DNA of 64,000 nucleotides, from assembly GCF_964355755.1 (NCBI RefSeq), contig NC_092673.1:28207648-28271647 (forward strand), in the 5' to 3' direction. The translations under genes were made by a program, and so were the position numbers. Below, piece by piece: positions 53,501 to 64,000 of the stretch (the stretch's first letter is position 1; the number at the start of each line of letters is the position of its first letter). The notes under the pieces were generated by a model, which did not search any database, had not been told where the DNA came from, and worked only from the letters and a program-made list of their open reading frames with translations. The DNA is from Antedon mediterranea (Eukaryota > Animalia > Echinodermata).

Positions 53501-56500
53501 TCTTCACTCTTTCCTAGATTCTGTAAACTTTGGAATGGTCTTCCCTCTGAATTAAGTGAGCTTGCTCTCCTTGGTAGGTTTCGAGAATTCGAGACTAGTC
53601 TTCATCAACACTATTTCTTTTGATTTTACATGGTCCCTGCTGTATTTTTTTACATAATTTCTGTGATTTTTATTAATTAATTTTTTCTCGTCATTTATTT
53701 TATATTTATATTATATTTTATTTATGTTAAAGGAAAGTCTTTAAACAGTGATTGGGTTCGCTTGTGAAAATCCTGGCTTTTTGTTTCATTATATATTTTT
53801 ATGTATTCTGTTGTAATTGTAATGAGCCGATATTGAATAAATCAAAATCAAAAAAATAAAGACACATGTTTATAGATTAAAACAATCTAAATACTGTACC
53901 TCACTTTCCAAGCGTTTTTTAACATCTAGTTCATCTAACAAGTTTTGTTTTTCTGTTTCTAAAATACAAAGACGGTTTTCTGCAAGTTTCCAATCCTGTA
54001 GAAAAGGAAATAATGATGAGAAGACATCAACAGAATAATAATGATAACGACCATATAGATCACAATGAAATGACTGCTTGATCTCTTTCAATTCTTTTTT
54101 CTTTGATTGTTGGGAGCGCATGATGGATATGGAGCCACTAAAAATCACGTCTACCCGCACCGCATAGCGCTATCATGATAAATATGTCAATGAGGAATGA
54201 TGGTAAAATAAAATATAAAGTTCTGTTTACACTATCAAACTAATTTGACAAAAATGTGTAATGTGCCCAAATGTGGTAGTGATATGCCCAAATATAGTAG
54301 TGATATATCATAATGTCCATGGGCACATCATATTTTGTTGTCACATAAAGTTTGATAGTGTAAACAGTTCTTAAGATATTGCAGAGAAACCTTTTTAATT
54401 CTTTCAACCTCTTGCTTGTGTTCTACCAGTAGTTTTTGCAGTTCTTTTTTTGCTTCTTGCAGTTCTCTAATAACCAATGTATTTTTCCTATTGGGAGAAA
54501 AACAATACAATGCAAGAGATGCCATTATTTTGCTCTGGTTTGACCCTATACTTATTTATTATCATTATTTATTATTTAGAGCATTGAGATTGTTCTTGCC
54601 AAAAATCTTGCGTTAAGATTTTCTATTCAAATGATTTTCTGTTGAGCACAATCCGCTTACAATTTACCATTCAAATACAAAAACGAAGATTTATGTTGAG
54701 TACAAAAGTTCCCAATTAAATATGAAAAATATTTCATTTACATTTACATACATTACACCACTTTTTATTGTTTTAGACTTAAATTCAGGTCACCTATTTC
54801 ATCAATCAAATGGCAATATTACTCACCCTCTTTCTAGGCCTAGGTCCTTCCTCATTGCTTCACACATAGAACTCAATTCATCTCTTTCTTTTCTTATTTG
54901 AGTACATCCATTTATCAACTCAAGCTTCTCTCGATGATAGTGTTTTAATTGCATTTGTAATGCGTTGTTACCCTCTTCATATGCTTTAGCCTTCAAGACA
55001 AAATTCATTTAATTTAATCATTTTCTAAAATTTTTTCCACCTGCACCTGCGGATATGACATCATCATGTGTTCATATATGGACACATCACATTTTTTTGT
55101 CACATAATGTTTGATAGTGTAGACAGAGCTTTAGGGAGTGGAGTAAAAACAGTTTTAATTACATCTATTGGTTTAAAAAGTTACTATTACTGCATGTTGG
55201 TTAAACAAAATTGTGAACGAACTTTGTGCGTTTTCCTTAGTAGTCTTCGGTTTCTTTGCTCGTGCTGTTCTCGTTGGTTTCTTTCAAATTGTAGTTGAGT
55301 GTGCAACAAGAACACTTGACCTTTTAACAGTTCAATTTCATCTGCAGGCGGATGACCTGACAATAACATACAGAGAAATAATTTTTTTTAAATACTATTC
55401 AACACATGTAAATGAGGTTATGCAAACTATTGTCAAAAGCTACAAGAGTTCCTCAAGTAAATATATTTATTTCTAAATTGTTTATATTGATATACAAAAC
55501 AAGAAAATACCTTACCTCCAAAATGAGTCCAGCTAATATGGTTTTGACTTGCTAAAGGAATTCTGATAAGAATAAACAAATTACAATCAATAGTGGGGGA
55601 GGGGGGTGGGAGGCTATCAATATTTACTAAAATAATAAATAAATCTTAAGCTCAGTTTGTATTCTCTCAATGTCAGGGGCAGATCAAGCATTATAGCGGG
55701 TGCTAAAAATTTCATAAATGATAAAAACGATTTGTTGGGTTGCAGAAAAATAAAAATATTCATTATTTTATTTTAAAAAGTGGTGGGGGGTGGGGAGAAG
55801 GCTAAAGCCTGTTTATCCCATGCTTAAATCCACGCCTGAATGTTTTACTGGGAAAGCGCTGTTTTAGATCTATCTATTAATCAACTTGAGCTATGCCCAA
55901 CTATCATGCTTGATATTATTTATTACTAATTATCATTTAATAAATAATCAAAATAATTTACTAAAAAACTTACCGACTGAGCTCTTTAGAATGAACATTC
56001 TCACCCAGTTCAATGTAGCGATCAAGTAATTCAGGCGGTGACAATGGAGACTGCCACGACAGTCTTCCCGACATGTCATTCGGCGTGTGGAAGCCGCCAG
56101 TGCTATCTCTTGACTCACATGCTGGCGTCGAGTTGGCCGATGAAGTCTGCTTACGACACTGGTTCACCATTGGACTCGCCATATTTGGAAACATTTGCGC
56201 ATAGGGATTCGGTGAACGTAGATCAGCAGTTGTCGTGCCGCTATGGTAACCAGATACGCGATCTGGGTAATCAGAGGTTGAGCTACGAGCGCTTTGAGTA
56301 TTCAAAGGCGACTCTAAACTATCGACTGAACGATCTTTTATGGGAGTGAAACGTTGTGATAGTGGTACAGACGGTTGATTTCCTTCAAGAATTTGTTTAA
56401 CTCCAATGGATTTAGCCGTGCAATCACTGTTGCTGGGTTTATTATTTTCCTTACAATCCTCAGATGTATTCGTCACTTCTATGTCAGAAATATTTGTTGT

Positions 56501-59500
56501 ACCACTACTGCAATCAACAGTCTGTTTATCGATTGTAACTTGGTTATTATCAGTGGTTTTATCACTTCCATCTATCTCAATATCATCATCCAAGTCTTTG
56601 GAAAGACCGAAACTTTTAATTGCACCTTTGTTATCATCGTCACCACGCAACCACTTTTCGTGAATGGTAGATATTTCCGAATCGTAAACTCTCCACAACG
56701 GTGGATACGTTTCATGCCGCGCTCTACGAGGAGTTTGCCGATACGCTTGGCTCTCACTGTTATAGTGCATTCTAGCAGTGCGTTCTAGTCTATCAAACGA
56801 GAAAGCCATTGGAAAGGACATGTGATCTGGTAATAAACATTCATCAAATGATTCTCCTCCCCCTTCATTGCTAACAATCAGAGACAATTCCTTGTTTATT
56901 CCATCTTCTGAAATATAAAGTTATCACTTAATTATTATTCAAGATGTATTGTCCTCCAAAAACATGAAAAATAGAGATTAAAAAAATCAGACTGGTGTAA
57001 TTTTGTTCTTTCATTGTAAATGTTATGCGTGGGCAGAAAAACAATAAAAACAAATGTATCTTACCATCTAAGTTAGAATCATTATCTGGTGACAGCTGTT
57101 TGATAACACCATGCAGTCTCTTGATTGTCACTGGCTCTGCTGAAAGATGTTTTACCCTCTCGTTGGACTGTTGTCCAGGAAGTTTAATTTCTTCAAAAGA
57201 ATCGTCTTTCTGTAAAGTATCATTCTGTTTATTTTTTTGTGCAAGTTCATGAACTGTGATTTTAAGCTTACTAGCGCTAGAGGGCGTGCTAACATTAATA
57301 GCTGGAAATTCAAAAGGATCAGTCTTTTTGTATGGCGTCACAGGAACAGATTTGCTACCCTCACTGGATTTATCTAGATTCACTGCGGAAGTGTTTAATG
57401 ATGTTATTGAGATTTGTTTTAGTAATGGTGGTTTGGATTTGCCAGATCCTCTTCCGCTGGAGATGTGCGTTAGCCTGCTTCGGAGGTCGTCTGCGACAAA
57501 AGATCGTGGAGATCCACCTGGCGTGATTTGTGGAGTAGGAGTGTTACCGGCAGATGGTATCATGCCTCCAATGAAAGAGGAACCTGTCAAGCTGATGTCA
57601 GCATGGCTCGTGCTTGGAGATGCCGGTCTTGATAGTGGAGGGGTCGACAGAGGGCACATTTGGGATGGACTGAACCATGATTGGTCAGGATTCTCTGGTT
57701 GCAACACTCTATCTTTAATAGCTTCAGCTCCTAATTGTATAATGTTGTTCAAATCTGGAAGATCCTTTGTGTTTTCAACTGTGGGAACTATACGAATAAA
57801 TAAACAAAATCTTTTGTTTCAGAATTTCTTTCAGTTCTTTTATCATTATCATTATTTTAATTTCATTTATACACATTTTAAGGCCAACATAATAATCATA
57901 AACCTACTAAAGGGTTTTGCTCACAAATGTTCATGTAATTTATTTCTTCTTTACACTGGGTGACCTTCTCAAGCCTCAACACTTTATGAGATTGTGATTT
58001 GCCCATATAGGGACATGATGATGTCATATCACTACCATATTTGGGCATATCACTACCATATTTGGGCATATCACTACTATATTTGTTAAACACACACACA
58101 CACAGTATCCCAAACCTTACTCCATAGAGATAATGTCTATGCTTAGTCTCTGTCTACACTATCAAACTAGTTTGACAAAAAAAAGTGTGATGTGCCCAAA
58201 TATGGTAGTGATATGCTCAAATATGGTAGTGATATGATATCGTAAATATATTCATATATGGGCACATCACATTTTTTGTCACATAAAGTTTGATAGTGTA
58301 GACAGAGCTTTAGAGATTAAACTCTCAACTACATTTCTGTACTTTGATTACAAATCCCCTCAAACCTACCAAATTTTGGGATATTATGTAACAATATAGA
58401 GCTTGTTTATAGCAATCAGATTTACCTGCTGAAATGATAGGTGAGGATGTTTGTCGCTGGCTTCTCTCTAGGTACTGTTTAAGGCGTGACGATATGCTGC
58501 GGTTCTCTCCCACTGATGAACTATTCAGGGATTCACTACCAGTATGCTCCAGTGAGTAATCAAGGGATACCTTCGCACATTCCATCAAAACATCATGCGC
58601 CTCCATCTTCCTCCATCTGTTACCAAGAGGAAAGGACAAAATGTGAGTGTAAAATCCTTGGCTATAAACTTTTCAAAATACAAAATGTATAAGTGTAATA
58701 CTTAGGACCAGTATACAGCAAAGCACATCTGAATTCCGGAATCATCTTCAGCGATCATAAATAGAGGTATAAAAATACCTATGCTTTTAACACGTTCACT
58801 GCCACGGCGTATTTATACGTCAAAAATTGCGTGTCGCTACTTGCCAAGACGTAATACTACGTCAAAATCGTAGCACTTTTGTATTGTATGTAGAATCGCT
58901 GGCAGTGGTGATTGGAACAGGAATTATCGCATGGCAGTTTATGAATGATGTACGTAAACGATAATCTAAAAATATTTTGAATGACATCATGATAGTCTGT
59001 GACCAGATGTTACACTTTCAAACTGTAATTTAATATGTAAACGGGACTTGGCACTGGGACAGAAATTACGGAAAATGCCTTGGCAGTCAATGTGTTAACA
59101 CTTTGAATATGCTTATTTATTTCCACTTTTGAGACAATCGCTTAGAAAATAATTGCTGGATTTTTTACATAATTTAGAGTTGTTCATCTTGCTTTATTTT
59201 ACTACGTACTACTTTTGAATATTTTGCTGATAATACATCGTACAGTATGTTCACTTTCAGTTTATAATCGCAATGTTCGAAAAATAGCATTTCATTTTTC
59301 ATGTTTTTGAGGGACAATACCTCTTTAAGTATAATAAATTATTTATACTTACCGTGATGGATCGATTTCTTTACTATATGTATCAGTGATTAACCGTGGG
59401 TGAATTCGCATTCTCTCAAGCAGCGGCTGAATTAATACAAAAACATTATAACGTAATCATTCGTAATGTGCAGCACATACTACATCAAGAAAATCTACTT

Positions 59501-62500
59501 AATAAAAATTGTAGCTTATGAAATATAGATGTACAATATTAAGAATAGCGGGATAAAGGGACTAAAGATAAATAAAGCTCTGTCTAAACTATCAAACTAT
59601 TTTGAAAAAAGTGTGTGCCCAAATATGGTAGTGATATACCCAAATAGTAGTGGTATGCCATCATCATGTCAATATCACATTTTTTTGTCACATAAAGTTT
59701 GATACAGTAGTGTAGACAGAGCTTTAAACATCTGAGAGTAACAAATTTAAATGATTATCATTTTACTTTAAATTATTACTGTAAAGTAAAATTAGAAACA
59801 AGGTCTTGTCAATTATTATTATTTTAAATTGAACATTAAACCAGAAACTCACCAGAATAACTTTATTAAATTCTTTTGTTTTGTCTTTGTAAGAATATTT
59901 CAGATAGTCAACAAAGTTGCATGGATACATGCCATACAATCTATGGAACAAGCCATACACAGCTACATTCAAATGCAACATGTAAATCTCTGGTACATTT
60001 CCTGTGGAATAAACAAAGAAATGCTGAACTTGCAGTATATATTGTCATAATATAAAAATATATATCTTTTAACCAAAATCAAGCAAATTTGTTTTAGTAC
60101 AATTACTTCCATTTATTGTCATTTGCATACAAAATATAAATAGAAATTATGTTTGCTCTGAGATATAAAAAAATAGATAAATGAAAAACTAACAAACACA
60201 ATAAAAAAATTGTCACATCTCTTTCCTTTTTTATATGTCTAATTTTTAATTTGTCAATCCATTTTATGGTTTTTTTTTGTGAATAATTTTTGACATTTAA
60301 AAAAAAAATGCATCTATGTTTTGTTCAAGTGCTTTTGTGAGTGTCCTTATCAGTGCTGCCTTACCCTTACTAACTATAAATAAAAGAGATTGATAAATAC
60401 CAGTCCTGATGTTCTTACCAGGTTTTCTGATGTTCCAGGCAGCTAATCTTGAAAACAGGAGAAAGATGTCATTAAGATACGGGCTGACAAGTGATGGGTA
60501 GATAGGAAGCAATGTGGTAATGCTTAGTACTCCGGACATCAATACTGGTACACTGGTTTCAACCTTAACGAGAATAAAAATGTTAATCAATAGGTCAAGG
60601 GTCAACAGAAAATGACTAGCTTCTTCTGACACCAGCTAGACACTTCTTTTAAGATGATGAATGGTTTTACACAGCTAGATTATACTTATTTTTATATATA
60701 TAAACACAAGAGGCAAAGAACATTAATTCTAAACCACCCGGTGATATACTGAAATTTAATTAATTAATTTGAAACGATAAAGATGAGGAAATCTGTGAGA
60801 ATGAGACAAAGTCGCTTCAACCGAGACTCGAACTCGGACCGCCTGCTTGATATGCAGATGTCCTAACCATTAGACCACTGGGGCTTTCATGGTATTGTTC
60901 GAACTCGATTGGATAACGACTCTTTAACATTCTCGTCGTGGTACGGCGGAACAGCACTAGTCCTCAGTTGTACGCACGCGCAACAGAGATCAAATTGATA
61001 CGCCCTCATCTTTCAGTATTTTTATTCACGAGGCGGGATCTCCGAAGAGATATTTTTATATATATATATATAGTCTGTTTTTTATTTATTCAAATTTACC
61101 ACAAAAAAATTATGCAACCCATAGGCTGAAATAAACAAATAAAATTAAAACATAAAATTTTAAATACAATTCTAAGGCTTCTGTAAACAAATTTTAAATT
61201 ATTATTTACAATATATGACATTTTCAACAGTCACTATATCTATATCCACTAGAACTATACTCCATTCAATGTTACAATGCCAACAGCTTCATTATTACCA
61301 ATTTACACATTTTTGCTGAATAAATTTGAACTTAACTTGAATATTATCATTACCTTAAGTAGTTTAATAAATGACGGGAAAACTGGAGCCTTAAAGATCG
61401 TATACAACCAGGAAGGCTGGCGTTGAATAAGACTCCCTAGTACAGTCAAACATTGTAACACTCCTGATGGTTGTTTTAAGTATTCATTTAATCTGTCCAA
61501 CAAATGCTGGGAACATAAATGTTGTTAAATGTTAAATTATTCTGGTCCTCAAGTTCAACTGGAAACTGAGGAAGTTTGGATTAGGACCTCCACGGACCCA
61601 CGGCAGCTAGCAGTGCAGCACCTACCAGATCAGCACACCGGGAGACGATCCCCTACTCTTTTCGAATAGTGTACCAAGTTCTTTAACATGCACAAGTACA
61701 GACCAATGGCTTTACATCCCATCCGAAGGTATCAATAAGGTGAAAGGTCAAACAATTAATTTTCAATGAGTTTAAGTGATTTATTATAAAATAAAATTGA
61801 TTAGCAGAAAACGTTTTTATTAACTTACCTTATCATGCGGCTCTCTAAATCCAGATATGAGATCAAGTGCTTCTCGTGAGTTGGTCCGCACAAAGTAGTC
61901 AAGAAGGGAGTTAACAAATTTGGGGTCTGATCCTAAAGAAACATACATAATATATTATATTTACCGTATATTTCGGTGTATAAGTCGCACCTGTGTATAA
62001 GACGCACCCCCTAACTGAGAGTAAAATATCGGTATTTTTTATATCGTCGATGTATAAGACGCACCTTATATTTCATCAAAACAATGTTTTTTATATATTG
62101 TAATCAATCTTATTGTAATAATATATTTTGTTATATCTACAACGGCGTCCTTTATTTAGGTTTTTTCTTACCTACTAGGCTCGGCCGCGGCCAGCCTCAA
62201 CAAGTTGTTTCTAACTTGTTATTCATGAGTTTCGCACCCGCAACATCGAGTGCATGACCGTGTGTGTAACACGCACGTGTGTGGGCTAGCCTCGCTCGAT
62301 CATTTCAAGAGGGCGCACGTTTTCACGGACAATCGTATTCGATTAGTATCTATGTATCCAAGAAGTGTGTACGCTAGTCCATGCTATAATCACCTGGAGA
62401 ATATACTAGTCGAATACCGTACAACATGTGGCCGCCAAGAAGGGCTTGCGCTGGGGGTACGGCGGTCGGCGATCGTGCGTATAACTATAAATAAATACTA

Positions 62501-63303
62501 TTCCAATCGTAAACGTTTACAAATGAAATTTTATCGGAGCGCCTAAAACAGCTCCATAATAAACAAATCTTTTCATCATATTTAGTATAACATCACGCTA
62601 AAATGCCTTGAAAACTAGGCAGAAGCTGGTTGCCGTTACGTTAGTACACTGTAGCTAGGCCTAGCTTAGCCAACGAGGTGACGATATGTACACTCTGTGT
62701 GGTGAAGCATTTATGTTCGGTGTATAAGACGCACCCTTAATTTAGAGGTCAAATTTGCGTGTCAAAAGTGCGACTTATACACCGAAATATACGGTAGTGT
62801 TAAATCTAGGTTGTCACAAACCTACAACCTATGCCGACTTTAGATGCGACATTGAGTATAACAATGTGGCATCTAAAGTCGGCATAGGTTGTAGGTTTGT
62901 GACAACCTAGATTTAACACTAAATATAATATATTATGTATGTTAAACCTTGGTATTAACAACTGGTGAGAAGAAGGTTGAGCTCTAGTATCAGATTATTC
63001 AAACTTGCTTATTTAGTAAAAAAAAATATCTTAACTTAAGTCAATGATTTTGCTTAGTCAGTTAAATAACCTAAACACATATTTTTGCATGCAGCAGTTG
63101 TTTCTTAAACCTTAGATGATTAGAACCATCCTATACAGGTGTATTTCTCTCAGTTACCTCCATGGTGTCATACCCATTCAATACCTACCAGAATTAAGGA
63201 CCCCCTGGATCTCCTCTTTGATGTCCTTGACAACCAGAATACTCTCCGATTCCAGCAGATGGAAACAGTCAGCAATATCATAGCTTGCAGGATGGTGCTG
63301 CAT
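50572..63303 (-). CDS. TSC1: Hamartin (~18 coding exons; first coding exon 63189-63303)
   Basis: FVNSLLDYF...EPHDK, RQPSWLY, LHLNVAVYGLFHRLYGMYPCNF, RWRKMEAHDVLMECAKVSLD, SPPELLDRYIELG, LLHTQLQFERNQREQHEQRNRRLL, C-terminal coiled coil. Confidence 0.96.
53390..53860 (+). mobile_element. 3' fragment of a CR1/L2-like LINE
   Basis: Translates FQSSLFPRFCKLWNGLP (typical ORF2 C-terminal motif), followed by a T-rich UTR and an aataaatcaaaatcaaa tail. Confidence 0.65.
58791..59094. mobile_element. piggyBac-like MITE
   Basis: TTAA|cacgttcactgcca ... tggcagtcaatgtg|TTAA. Confidence 0.75.
60814..60884 (-). pseudogene. tRNA-like sequence (ATC anticodon), probably a SINE head or pseudo-tRNA
   Basis: D arm, anticodon arm tctgc-atatcaa-gcagg and T arm ccgag-ttcgagt-ctcgg pair well, but the acceptor stem has two mismatches. 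Confidence 0.55.
61964..62794. mobile_element. pogo/Tigger-like non-autonomous element
   Basis: TA|CCGTATATTTCGGTGTATAAGTCGCAC ... GTGCGACTTATACACCGAAATATACGG|TA, with subterminal gtataagacgcacc repeats. Confidence 0.88.
62795..62943. repeat. Long near-perfect inverted repeat whose left arm continues at 61940-61963
   Basis: gtgttaaatctaggttgtcacaaacctacaacctatgccgactttagatgc and its exact reverse complement. Confidence 0.92.
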
Positions 63304-64000
63304 TATTCAGCTGTTTATAATTTTTCAAGCATGTTGTAAATTTCTGTTCTGACTGGCAGCGGTCATGTAATCTATTATTATGAGTATATAAAAAATGAAG
63401 ATTTATTATACAGTATTTAAATAAAAATATAGCATCGTGATACTTTTAATTAGTTTAAATCTCTCTCTGTCCTACTCCCTAAAAATCAATTTTAAAATTA
63501 AAAAGTTTGCCCCCTATAGTAGACAAGATAATATATAGAAACACGTCGAGGGACACACAAGCTTCGGCTTTATAATAAGTCTCAAAATCAAGTAAAATCA
63601 AGTAAAAAGTAACAAAAATAATTACAATTGCACTTTACTTATTATATTTTTACTAGTTTTATTTCAAAAGTTAGTTTTTAGTTTAATTTATTTACCAAAA
63701 CAATAGAGCCTACATAACTAGCAATAACTATAGACTGAACAACACAAACCAGGCCTTTATTTACTCTAAATATTGGGCCTATCTATACTGTACGCAATGC
63801 CATCAAAGGTCGAAACGACCAAACTCGACTCAATCGGTCATTGCCTCTCAAACATGTACGCACAAGATTGTCAAAACTATAGCTAGGCCTAGGCTAGGCC
63901 TCCTTCTATCTACAGCCTAAAGCTTGAAAAATTATTATTTTTCATTCCTAATTTTTAAGTAAAACTATACAAAAGCTAGCAAAATTGAAACTTATTTAGT

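Noticed and set aside
56038-57963. Long plus-strand ORFs antisense to large TSC1 exons (also 50774-51190, and minus-strand 10297-10767 opposite HSPA5)
   Set aside because: Shadow ORFs of real exons with no independent features
60814-60884. Functional tRNA-Asp(ATC)
   Set aside because: Acceptor stem is mismatched, the anticodon loop is atypical and it is embedded in repeat-like DNA; kept only as pseudo-tRNA or SINE head
62250-62546. 98-aa ORF inside the Tigger-like element as a transposase
   Set aside because: No HTH or DDE motifs recognisable; the element is too short

Overview
AT-rich, intron-rich animal genomic DNA, probably from a marine invertebrate deuterostome (inferred from gene content and repeats). 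It is not prokaryotic and has no CRISPR. Nine spliced protein genes were reconstructed by reading exon phases: HSPA5/BiP (+), PPAN (-), a spinster-like MFS transporter (+), glomulin GLMN (-), RPL7A (-) head-to-head with MED22 (+), a divergent soluble HMG-CoA-reductase-like gene (-), an unknown 3-exon gene (+) and TSC1 (-). Six intronic box C/D snoRNAs are not visible in the ORF track: two U80/snR60-like and one U44-like in a GAS5-like non-coding host at ~1.4-4.6 kb (-), and two U36 plus one U24 in RPL7A introns. Highlights: (1) the HMGR-fold protein keeps the catalytic E/D/H but has lost the HMG-binding and DAMG motifs and has a mitochondrial-type leader; (2) the GAS5-like host; (3) a cysteine-free mature BiP; (4) a 1.8-kb tandem array built from the MED22 stop-codon region; (5) a long hairpin over a TSC1 splice acceptor, interrupted by a MITE; (6) a gene set whose human orthologues lie on MHC-paralogon regions. 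Many MITEs and SINEs are present. All identifications are by eye and recalled motifs; no database search was run.
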